A stretch of 64,000 nucleotides of DNA. Origin: Candidatus Hydrogenedentota bacterium (GTDB lineage Bacteria > Hydrogenedentota > Hydrogenedentia > Hydrogenedentales > JAEUWI01). The notes below the pieces were generated by a model. The model was not told the origin of the DNA. It saw nothing but the letters and a program-made list of their open reading frames with translations, and did no database searches. Position numbers and translations under genes: made by a program. The DNA is taken from positions 64,001 through 128,000 of the forward strand of contig JAXMOL010000009.1 in the NCBI GenBank assembly GCA_034669905.1, given 5' to 3'. Below, in pieces: positions 1 to 9,154 of this stretch. Each line of letters starts with the position of its first letter. Positions within the stretch are counted from its first letter, which is position 1.

Positions 1-283
1 TAGTCGGCAGTTGGGCCAGGGTGTATTCGCGGGAAATCAGGAGCCGTACATCAGCCACCAAAGGATCGAAATGCGTCAACTCGCCCGTTTCCAACTGAAA
101 AAGATCTTCTGTGAGCTGTCCGTCGATAAGACTGAACTCTAACAGGGCCTCGCCATAGCGCTTGTGGGCGTGCGGATTGGCCGCGTAGACAAAATAGGCA
201 AGCAGCCCCAGGGTGGACAGGACCAGCGCGACCACCAGATAATCAAATGAGGTGACAGTCTGTTTTCGGGCGGAGGGTTTCAT
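1..283 (-). CDS. Membrane sensor protein, N-terminal part (putative DAHL-type periplasmic sensor domain); runs off the window
   Basis: Manual translation from ATG at 283: MKPSARKQTVTSFDYLVVALVLSTLGLLAYFVYAANPHAHKRYGEALLEFSLIDGQLTEDLFQLETGELTHFDPLV... One TM helix, then a helical segment with HFDPLV resembling the DAHL-domain start. ATGA overlap with the stop of the upstream heme protein. Confidence 0.6.
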   Translation of the reverse strand, partial: MKPSARKQTVTSFDYLVVALVLSTLGLLAYFVYAANPHAHKRYGEALLEFSLIDGQLTEDLFQLETGELTHFDPLVADVRLLISREYTLAQLPT

Positions 284-1344
284 TCGGTACCACCAATCAG
301 CGCGCCATCGCGCCAGCCCGTAAGCGACTCAAGGAAGGTGACAATTTGATTGGTCTCACTCCGTGGAAGGGTGCGACCGAGCTGATACTGGGCCATGATT
401 TCTACCGCATCAGACAGTTTCTCCACCGACCCGTCGTGAAAATAGGGCCCCGTGACGGCCACGTTGCGAAGGCTGGGCACCTTGAATTGATACTGATGTC
501 CTTCATCGCGCGTTACGTTGTAGCGTCCCAGATCCGTGGTGCGCGGCGTTCCCCGAGCAACCAGGTATTCCTCGAAAGAGGCATACATGTTGCCACCAAC
601 GCCACGCCCCTGATGACATCGGACACAGCCATAGTCTACAAAGAGCCGATATCCCGCCAGGGCGCCTTCCGACAGGTTTTCGCCGTTCAGCCAGCGATCG
701 AAGGCGGCGTTGGGCGTCACGAGGGAGCGTACAAACGTGGCCAATGCGGTTTCCGTATTGGCATTGTCGATTTCGCCATTCGGAAATGCCGCCGCGTAGA
801 GCGCGGGATAGTCCGAGTCCGCGGCGATGCGGGGTGCAATCAGCGACCACGAAGAGTCCATCGTGCTCTCGGCCTCGATGGAGGCCCGGACGACGGCCTC
901 CAGGCTGGCGGCCCGACCGTTCCAGAAATAGGCAAAATGGTCGCCGGTATTGAAGATGGTCGGAATATTGTAGAACGCCGCCGTGTCTGCTTCCGGGAGC
1001 CGGGAGCGTTCCATCCCTGCCCGGTCCAAGGGATGGCAGGTCGCACACGAAACACGCTGGGAAGCAGAGAGGCGATTGTCGTGAAAGAGAGTTTCGCCCA
1101 GCTTGACCACCGCCTGTGGCAGATCTACCTCCGACACAATGGCCGTGATCGGCTCAGCGCTCTTTGCGTGGCGGGGGGGGATAGTCAGCCCGTCCGGCGT
1201 CGCTCCATCTTCCGACGGCAGGCGGCTACACTGGCACAAACAGGTGGTGATTACAATGGCAAATAGGAGTTGTCGTGTCATGGCAATCCGTTTGAGTCCC
1301 TCACATGCGACCTGCTGAATATCGCAGTGCTCCGTTCTGGGCAC
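280..1344 (-). CDS. Di-heme cytochrome c peroxidase (bCCP/MauG family) homologue, exported
   Basis: Two CxxCH motifs (CATCH, CVRCH), LGETLFHDNRLS, FWNGRA, FKVPSLRNVAVTGPYFHDGS. GGAGG lies 6 nt before GTG 1344; alternative start ATG 1281. Confidence 0.9.
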   Translation of the reverse strand: MPRTEHCDIQQVACEGLKRIAMTRQLLFAIVITTCLCQCSRLPSEDGATPDGLTIPPRHAKSAEPITAIVSEVDLPQAVVKLGETLFHDNRLSASQRVSCATCHPLDRAGMERSRLPEADTAAFYNIPTIFNTGDHFAYFWNGRAASLEAVVRASIEAESTMDSSWSLIAPRIAADSDYPALYAAAFPNGEIDNANTETALATFVRSLVTPNAAFDRWLNGENLSEGALAGYRLFVDYGCVRCHQGRGVGGNMYASFEEYLVARGTPRTTDLGRYNVTRDEGHQYQFKVPSLRNVAVTGPYFHDGSVEKLSDAVEIMAQYQLGRTLPRSETNQIVTFLESLTGWRDGALIGGTE

Positions 1345-1495
1345 ACATTTCCTCCACGTGGGGTGGAGTGGGGGCAGGCCTACCGATCAGTTACCCACAC
1401 CCTGGAACTAAGATACATGGTTGCCCCTTCAATTGCAACGCCCGAAGGCGAGGATTTTACCCGCGTAAATTCGGTGGTAGTCGTGATATACACGG

Positions 1496-1523
1496 TTGAC
1501 AACAGACGTGAGTACATTATAAG
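1496..1523 (+). promoter_or_regulatory. Putative sigma70 promoter for the PKD gene
   Basis: TTGACA (1496-1501), 16 bp, TATAAG (1518-1523) in the divergent intergenic region. Confidence 0.45.
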
Positions 1524-1726
1524 GTTCCAGTAACTTAGTGGGTCGCGATTCGTCCTCGCGTGTGGGAATGCCGTCTTGGTTTGTGCGGTAGCATTTTCAC
1601 CGCCGTCTGTCGTCGTACTCCTCCCGTTATGCCCGAAGTCTCTCTGATTGTGGCACGCGGGATTCTGGTTTTTTGGTACGTTGACGCAGACGCGTGGCGA
1701 TGCCCTGAATTCCGAAAGGAAACCTG

Positions 1727-4700
1727 ATGCGCGAGAAGCTGTTCGCAGGTCTGTCCTGCATGGCACTGTCGGTGTTGTTGATGGGATGCCCTCTCTTCGA
1801 AGGGCCGGAGGCGGCGTTCACCGCCACCCCAACCGAAGGCAATGTGCCATTAACGGTCCTCTTTGTCGACCAGTCCCAACCGGGCTCCACTGATCTGACC
1901 GATTGGCTCTGGGATTTTGGGGACGGACTCAACAGCAGCGCACAGAATCCCAGCCACGTCTACAGTGCGCCCGGCGTCTATCGTGTGACGCTGACCGTTA
2001 CCAGCCGACTGGGCAACGATACCGAAACCAAAGTGGATTATATTACGGTCCGGGCCCTGCCCAAGGCGGATTTCTCCGCCTCTCCGCGCACCGGTGAAGG
2101 CCCCCTCCAAGTGACCTTTACCGATACCTCCACCCAGGGTGCGGCTCCCATTACACTTTATGAATGGGACTTCGGTGATGGCACGACCAGCGAAGATGTC
2201 AATCCCGTGCACGTCTATGAAGACCCGGGTGTGTATACCGTCAAATTAAAGGTAACCACGTCGGTCGGAGAGAACCTCACCACCAAGGCCAACTTCATTA
2301 CCGTACAGCAGCGTCCCGTTGCGTCGTTCACGGCATCGCCCACGGCCGGCTCCACGCCGCTGACCGTGCAGTTTACCGATACCTCCGACGCGGGTTCATC
2401 GCCCATCACTTCCTGGTTCTGGACCTTCGGCGATGGCACGTCCGATACCCGCCAGAATCCAACCCACGTCTATACCAAGGCGGGCACCTATTCGGTGTCC
2501 TTGAGTGTCACGACCGAAGTCGGCGTGAGTCCTATCGTGACCGAGACCGACTTTATTGAAGTGGAAGAGTTGCCCGTCGCCGATTTCTCCGCCTCGCCGA
2601 CAACAGGGGCGGCCCCCTTGAATGTAAACTTTACCGACCTCTCGACGGGAGGCTCCGACTCGATTGTGGAGTGGCTCTGGGATTTCGGGGACAGCACGAG
2701 CAGCACCTTGCCCAGCCCGAGTCACCGCTATGCGAGCGACGGCGTCTATGACGTATCGCTCACGGTGACCACGTCGAGCGGCAACACCAATACCCGCACC
2801 AAAGCGAACTTTATCACCGCACAGCAGTCACCGGACGCCGCCTTCAGCGCCACCCCACGAAATGGGGAAGCGCCCCTGACGGTACAGTTCACCGATTTAA
2901 GTGACCCCGGTTCCGCGCCGATTACGAGCTGGCAGTGGGATTTCGGCGATGGCTCCACGAGCAGCGATTCCAATCCATTCCACGCCTACACCCGCGCCGG
3001 TCGTTACACAGTCACCCTGGGGGTATCCACCGCGGTGGGCAGTGACACGGCCACCCAGGTCAATTACATCGAAGTGGAAGAAATGCCCACGGCGGCGTTC
3101 AATGCGACTCCCACCAGCGGCGCCGCGCCCCTCACCGTACTCTTTGCAGACCAGAGTACGCCCGGCTCCTCAGAGATTACCGATTGGGCCTGGGACTTTG
3201 GCGACGGCACCAGCAGTACCCAGCAGAATCCCTCCAAGACCTATAGTCAGGCCGGAGTTTACACCGTAAAACTCACCGTGACCTCTGCCGCGGGAAGCGA
3301 TGTTATTACCAAGGCGAACCACATCACCGTGCGCCAGTTGCCCGTAGCCGATTTTTCGACCAATGTTACTACCGGTGCCGCGCCCCTCACGGTGCTTTTC
3401 AGTGACGAAAGTACGGCCGGCAGTGAGGCGCTCTCCAGCTGGCAATGGGACTTCGGCGACGGTACCACCCCGAGCTCCCTGCAGAACCCGAGTCATGTGT
3501 ATTCGGCGCCCGGTATTTACACGATATCGCTCACGGCAGCTTCCAGTGTGGGCAGTGATTCCGAGACGAAACAGAACTATCTCACCGTGCGACCCGCCGT
3601 CAACTTCACCGGTTCTCCCACGACTGGAACCGGTAGCCTTTCGGTTTCCTTCACGGATACGACGTCTCTGGGCCAGCTCGACGTGACCTCCCGCACCTGG
3701 GATTTCGGCGACGGAAGCGCCACGAGCAACGAAGCAAGCCCTGTCAAGATCTATAATGCGCCGGGTGTCTATGACGTCACCCTTTCCATGACGACAACCC
3801 TGGATGGTCAGACCGATGCGCGTACCCGTGCGGGCTATGTCATCGTGCGGCCTGAACCCTCCTTTACGGGGGATACGTTGAGTGGTGACGGTACCTTACA
3901 GGTCAACTTTACCGATACCACCAATCTGGGGAACCTGGAAACCATCGGGGTGCTGTGGGACTTCGGCGATGGCACCACGAGCCAGACGGCCAATCCATCC
4001 CACACCTATGCCGAGCCCGGCACCTATTCCGTGCAGCTTACCGTAACGACGGCGGCAGGAAGCCAGACCACAACGCGGACGGGCTATGTCACCGTGCGCC
4101 CCGTGCCGTCCTTTTCCGCCAGCCTGACCACCGGTGGCGCACCCCAGACCATTACCTTCACGGATACCACCGACGTGGGTTCGCTTACCGTGACCGGCCG
4201 TCTGTGGAACTTCGGCGATGGCACGACCAGCGAGTCCACCAACCCGATTCACGCCTATAATACGCCCGGTAACTACGATGTGACGCTAACCCTGACGACC
4301 GCCCAGGGCGCCGTCCAGACCTTGCGTGACGACTATATTCAGATCAGCCCCACCGTGGCCTACACCGTCGATACGGCATCGGGTTCCGCACCGTTGACCG
4401 TCCAGTTTACGGACGCGACCAACGCGGGTTCCCTTACGATTTCCGGCTATTCCTGGGACTTCGGTGACGGCACCGATCCGAGCACCGATACCAACCCCTC
4501 CCACACCTACGCCGCCGCCGGGACCTACGATGTAAGTCTGACGGTCACGACGGAGCAGGGCAACAAGACGTTGACGGATGAAGATGCCATTACGGTAACG
4601 GCAAAGTCTCTTGCCCCTGCTGCCGGTGCTGAGACGGCTTTCCCCGTGTTGCTCCTCGACACGACCGACTTCGGTACCCTGGTGGTGCGGAACAGCACTT

Positions 4701-5770
4701 GGGAGGATGGGACGGCGTCGGCCAGTGCATTGCTGGCAACCGATTCTGGCGGTTTTGCCGTAGTCGGTTCGATCACGCAGGAAGGCGACGACGCGGATGT
4801 GGCACTCGTATTGACGGACTCGGACGGTACCGTCTTGGACGGATGGCCCCGTTACTACGGAAATACCCTCACACAGCGGGCCGCAGACATCGTCGCCACC
4901 GAGACGGGGGGCTACCTCATCGTGGGTGAAACGGAAACCGGAACGGACCTCGGGGTGGATGCCTATCTGCTCAATCTGGATGCCTCGGGTGCGGTGATCT
5001 GGGAACGCCATTTCGGCGGTGCGGGTGCTGACCGCCTCCACGCGGTGGCGGCCCTGGACAATGGCCGTTTTGCCGTCGTAGGGCAGAGTGACTCGGAGGG
5101 TACCCATGGTGGAGATGATGTCTATGTCGCCACCATCGACGCCCGAGGCAAGCGGACCGGTGTGGTCTGGCTGGGTGGCGCTGGCGATGAAGCGGGTTAT
5201 GACATCGTGAAGTCAGCCGACGGCAATCTGATTGTGGTCGGTGACACGGCTACCTTTGGTGCCAATCCCGTCGACGCCTATCTGGTTAAATTGAGTCAGG
5301 ATCTGGAAACCCTCGCCAGCGTGACCGTGGGTGGAATGGGCCACGATCAGGCCCGTGCCGCTGCCGAGTTGGCCGATGGCAGTATCGTAGTGGTAGGAGC
5401 GACAACTTCGATGGGCGCAGGTGCTTTCGATGCCTATGCCTTCAGCGTGGATGGCGCCCTGAACCTCGTTTTGTGGGAACATGCTTATGGTAAGGCCGGA
5501 GACGATTTCGCCACCGCGGTGACTGCCGACAGCGACGGCGGTGTGCTGATTACGGGTAGTACCGATTCCGGGCCGGAAACGGGCCACGATGTACTCGTTC
5601 TCAAGACCGATTCGACAGGCGTCGCCCTGGTTGATGCGGCCCTTGGGGGTGTTGAGCAGGAAGCCGGCCACGCTATCATTGAAACCTCGGATGGCAGCCT
5701 GGGCATTGCGGGTCTTCGTAGCCCTTCAACCATCAATGAAAAGGTCACGGCCCCGGAAACGACCCCCTGA
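1727..5770 (+). CDS. Surface lipoprotein with 11 PKD domains and a C-terminal beta-propeller-like region
   Basis: Lipobox LLMGC; 11 copies of W[DTN]FGD[GS] at about 85-aa spacing; C-terminal repeats such as 'DGGVLITGST...DVLVLKTDSTG' and 'WERHFGG'. Confidence 0.9.
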   Translation: MREKLFAGLSCMALSVLLMGCPLFEGPEAAFTATPTEGNVPLTVLFVDQSQPGSTDLTDWLWDFGDGLNSSAQNPSHVYSAPGVYRVTLTVTSRLGNDTETKVDYITVRALPKADFSASPRTGEGPLQVTFTDTSTQGAAPITLYEWDFGDGTTSEDVNPVHVYEDPGVYTVKLKVTTSVGENLTTKANFITVQQRPVASFTASPTAGSTPLTVQFTDTSDAGSSPITSWFWTFGDGTSDTRQNPTHVYTKAGTYSVSLSVTTEVGVSPIVTETDFIEVEELPVADFSASPTTGAAPLNVNFTDLSTGGSDSIVEWLWDFGDSTSSTLPSPSHRYASDGVYDVSLTVTTSSGNTNTRTKANFITAQQSPDAAFSATPRNGEAPLTVQFTDLSDPGSAPITSWQWDFGDGSTSSDSNPFHAYTRAGRYTVTLGVSTAVGSDTATQVNYIEVEEMPTAAFNATPTSGAAPLTVLFADQSTPGSSEITDWAWDFGDGTSSTQQNPSKTYSQAGVYTVKLTVTSAAGSDVITKANHITVRQLPVADFSTNVTTGAAPLTVLFSDESTAGSEALSSWQWDFGDGTTPSSLQNPSHVYSAPGIYTISLTAASSVGSDSETKQNYLTVRPAVNFTGSPTTGTGSLSVSFTDTTSLGQLDVTSRTWDFGDGSATSNEASPVKIYNAPGVYDVTLSMTTTLDGQTDARTRAGYVIVRPEPSFTGDTLSGDGTLQVNFTDTTNLGNLETIGVLWDFGDGTTSQTANPSHTYAEPGTYSVQLTVTTAAGSQTTTRTGYVTVRPVPSFSASLTTGGAPQTITFTDTTDVGSLTVTGRLWNFGDGTTSESTNPIHAYNTPGNYDVTLTLTTAQGAVQTLRDDYIQISPTVAYTVDTASGSAPLTVQFTDATNAGSLTISGYSWDFGDGTDPSTDTNPSHTYAAAGTYDVSLTVTTEQGNKTLTDEDAITVTAKSLAPAAGAETAFPVLLLDTTDFGTLVVRNSTWEDGTASASALLATDSGGFAVVGSITQEGDDADVALVLTDSDGTVLDGWPRYYGNTLTQRAADIVATETGGYLIVGETETGTDLGVDAYLLNLDASGAVIWERHFGGAGADRLHAVAALDNGRFAVVGQSDSEGTHGGDDVYVATIDARGKRTGVVWLGGAGDEAGYDIVKSADGNLIVVGDTATFGANPVDAYLVKLSQDLETLASVTVGGMGHDQARAAAELADGSIVVVGATTSMGAGAFDAYAFSVDGALNLVLWEHAYGKAGDDFATAVTADSDGGVLITGSTDSGPETGHDVLVLKTDSTGVALVDAALGGVEQEAGHAIIETSDGSLGIAGLRSPSTINEKVTAPETTP

Positions 5771-5845
5771 GGATCTCCAACGGACCCGGCACGATAATTA
5801 TTCCGGGGTGGAAACGACAACGAACAAGAGATGAGTAGACCGTCG

Positions 5846-7474
5846 ATGAAACTTACGCGATTGCTCCTGACGATGTGTTTCATGCTGCCATGCGGTTGGG
5901 GTGCCTTTTCAGCGTTCGCGGCCACGGCTCCGGGCCATATCGAGGTCCGTTCCGAGGCCGACCTCAAGGTTTTCCTGGACAACAAGTTTGTCGGCGTCTC
6001 CACGGAGCACGGTCTCTTTCTTCGGGACGTGCCCGTTGGCCCCCACGTCGTGCGCGTAGAGAAAGAAGGATATCACCCTCAGAACAGTGACACCTTTATG
6101 CTGGAGGCCGACCAGGTTTACCTCTATGAAGTCCTCAAGATGGAAGCCCTCCTCGAACCGGAAGAAGATCTGAACGAAGAAATGTCCCACGGTACGGGCA
6201 GTCTTGTCCTCCAGACGATTCCCGTGGAATGCCTTATCACCCTCTTCGGAATCGGTCTCACCGGGAACGACGAGGAGATCGTGAAGACCGAAGACCGATG
6301 GACCTCCAACGGAGTGCGCACGGGGCGCTATCTGGCCACCTTCTCTGCCATGGGGGTGGAGCACAAAGAGGTCATCACCATCATGCCCAACCGAACCACC
6401 CATATCATGGTGGACATCGAACGGGGTGAGATGACAGACATTGGCCTGCGGACCATCCGTGAATATCAGACCCAGGGGTGGCGGGAAAAAGCGGAGGCGG
6501 AGCGCCAGGCCGCCCGTCAGGAAAACATGGCCCTGCTTCGGGCCAAGGCCGACGAGACCCTCCAGCGCGTCGATTTGCAACAGCGGGGTCTGGAATTATT
6601 GCTGCACCAGGGAGAGAAGCAGTTTGATGCCGGGCAGTATACCCGTTGTCTCTACACGATGCTGCAGGCCCTCTATCTGGATCCTAAGAATGAAATTGCC
6701 CGTTACTATTATCAGCAGGCCCACACCCGCCAGGGTGCGCAAGATCGGGCGGTCAAACTCGCCGGTGAGTACCGGGAGTTTGTTTTTGGCCAGGATGGCG
6801 ACATGGGATTCGAGTTGACGAATGAGCAGGGGGCCTGGAAACTACGGGTTTTCTCGGGACCCAAAGACCTCGAAGTCGTCGACGCTTCGGTGCACGATTT
6901 CACGCTGAAGTTTACCCGCCGCTATACGCTCTCGGCCACCCAGATGTTTTCCCGCAAGAAGGGCAGCATCATTCCGAAATTTCACGCCAATAAAGACAGC
7001 AAATTCGCCTACGAAGACTACGAGCTTACCCTTGACGGAAAAGACGCCCAGGGAAGGCGGCGCTGGCGCCATGCGCGACCCAAAATCAATGGCGTGCCCA
7101 CCGATGAGTGGTTTCCTATTACCTTTGTGAAGAAGGGGAGCGATCAGCTTCCGACTGGTGAACTGGGTATCTTTCATGAGGACGTGGCCCAGGTCGCACA
7201 AATCGAGGGGGACCTCTCCGAGGCGGACCTGCGCGCACGAAAGGGATGGCCGGATCAGTTTGGGGCCGTGGTGCTCTCGTGTTACAAAGACACCCCGGCA
7301 CAAGAGGCGGGTTTACTTCAGGGGGACTTCATCTACAAATTTGATGGGGCCGATGTGCTCAACAGCCAGGACCTGGAGCGACTCATCAAAACCAATCCCT
7401 TCGAGACGGTCGTGCTGAGCGTCTACCGCAACGGAGAACGCAAGCAGTTTCGCGTTACCCTCAAGGGAGTGTGA
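5846..7474 (+). CDS. Exported PEGA-like / TPR / PDZ domain protein
   Basis: Signal peptide; 'VFLDNKFVG...VGPHVVRVEKEGY' (PEGA); TPR-like 'QALYLDPKNEIA'; C-terminal PDZ 'TPAQEAGLLQGDFIYKFDG'. Confidence 0.7.
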   Translation: MKLTRLLLTMCFMLPCGWGAFSAFAATAPGHIEVRSEADLKVFLDNKFVGVSTEHGLFLRDVPVGPHVVRVEKEGYHPQNSDTFMLEADQVYLYEVLKMEALLEPEEDLNEEMSHGTGSLVLQTIPVECLITLFGIGLTGNDEEIVKTEDRWTSNGVRTGRYLATFSAMGVEHKEVITIMPNRTTHIMVDIERGEMTDIGLRTIREYQTQGWREKAEAERQAARQENMALLRAKADETLQRVDLQQRGLELLLHQGEKQFDAGQYTRCLYTMLQALYLDPKNEIARYYYQQAHTRQGAQDRAVKLAGEYREFVFGQDGDMGFELTNEQGAWKLRVFSGPKDLEVVDASVHDFTLKFTRRYTLSATQMFSRKKGSIIPKFHANKDSKFAYEDYELTLDGKDAQGRRRWRHARPKINGVPTDEWFPITFVKKGSDQLPTGELGIFHEDVAQVAQIEGDLSEADLRARKGWPDQFGAVVLSCYKDTPAQEAGLLQGDFIYKFDGADVLNSQDLERLIKTNPFETVVLSVYRNGERKQFRVTLKGV

Positions 7475-7494
7475 TTCCCTGACGGGGCGCCCCG

Positions 7495-8616
7495 TTACGG
7501 GCGGAAAACGTTCCGTTCAGGCGGCGGGGGCGACGGGGGATCGGGCGTAAAGGCATCGCAGCGCTCTACATGCCATTTGAGCGAAAACCGGGTGCCAGTC
7601 TCCACCAGGCCCGCTCGTACCGCGGCTTCCAGGGGACCCGGCGCACCTTCCGCGCGAATATTGACGACCAGGGTTCCCCGGAGAAGTTCTTCGGAGAGGC
7701 GGTCGGTAATCATCGGTTCGGCGTCATTTCGCGTAGTATGGAGGGCTGCCTCGTCTCCCGATGTCGCTATCAGCCGCATTTTGAAATGGGCAATTTCTAC
7801 GGCAGACCCAATGAGGGCCGCCCGAACCTGATCGGCCAACGTCGCCAGGGCCCCATTGCCGTCCCATGGCTGCGTGGCCTCCAGCGCAATTCGGGCGTTC
7901 AGCCAGCCCAACGCGATTTCCCCCTCGGTGTACTGCTCATAGTCCACCCGCGCCGGGTTTACACCCGCTTCGACCTGCGCATCCAGAAGGGGCATCAATT
8001 CTTCAAAGCCTTCACCCGTGCGGGCGGAAACAAACACGCAGGTGGCCGAAGGAAAGTTCTGGGCGACCAGTGCTCCAACAGACTTCCGGGCCGCTCCATC
8101 CAGGGTGTCGGATTTGTTGACCGCGATGATATCAGCTTCATTCTGCTGCATCTTGAACAGGTAGGTAACCTTCTTGGAAAAGCCCAGGGGGCCACGGGCG
8201 TCCAGGGCTTCCTGCGCCCGAAGGGGGTCTAGCAGGGCGGCGTAGGGCGCCACATCAAAACGATCCCGATACAGGTTTTTCAGGGGTGTTATGACCGCGT
8301 TCACCAAATCGGTACAACTGCCCACCGGTTCCGCGAGGATGATATCGGGTTCCAGCCCATCTGCGAGGCGGCCGGAAGCTTCCAGTAACTTTTCAAAATG
8401 GCAGCAGAAACAGCCCGCAGGGATCTCTTCCGTATTATATCCGGCGGCCCGGAAAGTCAGTGTGTCGACCAATCCTTCTGCCTGATCATTGGTGATAATC
8501 CCCACCCGTTGGCCTCGCTCGGTGAATGTTCGCGCAAGGCGGAGCAGTGCCGTGGTCTTGCCCGCGCCGAGAAATCCCCCGAGCATGATGAAGCGGATAG
8601 GATGGGGCGAGGTCAT
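7495..8616 (-). CDS. CobW/COG0523 (G3E) metallochaperone GTPase
   Basis: GFLGAGKTT Walker A, GCFCC metal motif, AEPVGS Walker B, NKSD. Confidence 0.88.
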   Translation of the reverse strand: MTSPHPIRFIMLGGFLGAGKTTALLRLARTFTERGQRVGIITNDQAEGLVDTLTFRAAGYNTEEIPAGCFCCHFEKLLEASGRLADGLEPDIILAEPVGSCTDLVNAVITPLKNLYRDRFDVAPYAALLDPLRAQEALDARGPLGFSKKVTYLFKMQQNEADIIAVNKSDTLDGAARKSVGALVAQNFPSATCVFVSARTGEGFEELMPLLDAQVEAGVNPARVDYEQYTEGEIALGWLNARIALEATQPWDGNGALATLADQVRAALIGSAVEIAHFKMRLIATSGDEAALHTTRNDAEPMITDRLSEELLRGTLVVNIRAEGAPGPLEAAVRAGLVETGTRFSLKWHVERCDAFTPDPPSPPPPERNVFRP

Positions 8617-8658
8617 GGGTTCGAATTCCTGAGTTACGATTGGATGGGGTTGCGTGGC

Positions 8659-8687
8659 TTGTCCCGATTAACCAGAGTCAGTATACT
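8659..8687 (+). promoter_or_regulatory. Putative sigma70 promoter for the DUF4280 gene
   Basis: TTGTCC-17 bp-TATACT, followed by an AAGGAG RBS before ATG 8720. Confidence 0.5.
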
Positions 8688-8719
8688 AATCTAAACCGTT
8701 CAATAGAAGGAGTCGAGAG

Positions 8720-9109
8720 ATGGCAAAGCCAGTCGTAATGGGTGCTACCTTAAAGTGTAGCGAAGGCCTCGCTCCGGGCAGCATGGTGGTTACGCCGGAA
8801 AATTGCGTCACCATGGAAAAGATGCCCGCCGCGAATATCATGGACAATATCCCCATGAAGAATATCACGCCTTTCGGGATGTGTAAGACCATGGCAAATC
8901 CGACGGTTTCCGCGGCTACCAGCGCGGCCTTGGGCGTTCTGACACCCATGCCCTGCATCCCCGTGGTGGCCGCACCCTGGACGCCCGGCAGTGCAACGGT
9001 GACGCTCGGTGGCATGCCCGCCTTGACCGAAGATTGCACCTGTATGTGTAACTGGGGCGGGACCATTGAAGTGGTCAACGCAGGTACCACGAAAGAGGAC
9101 ATGGGCTGA
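8720..9109 (+). CDS. DUF4280 (PAAR-like) spike-tip protein
   Basis: 129 aa with GATLKCSEG, NITPFGMC, TPMPCIP...PWTPG and CMCNWGGTI, the typical DUF4280 pattern. Confidence 0.9.
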   Translation: MAKPVVMGATLKCSEGLAPGSMVVTPENCVTMEKMPAANIMDNIPMKNITPFGMCKTMANPTVSAATSAALGVLTPMPCIPVVAAPWTPGSATVTLGGMPALTEDCTCMCNWGGTIEVVNAGTTKEDMG

Positions 9110-9154
9110 GGTATCTGAGCCTTGTCGGTGCAGCGTGCCCCAGCCCGCCGCCTG

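Noticed and set aside
1900..4480. Recurrent TGGGA(C/T)TTCGGCGA(C/T)GG about every 255 nt
   Set aside because: Coding signature of the PKD WDFGDG motif, not a repeat-spacer array.
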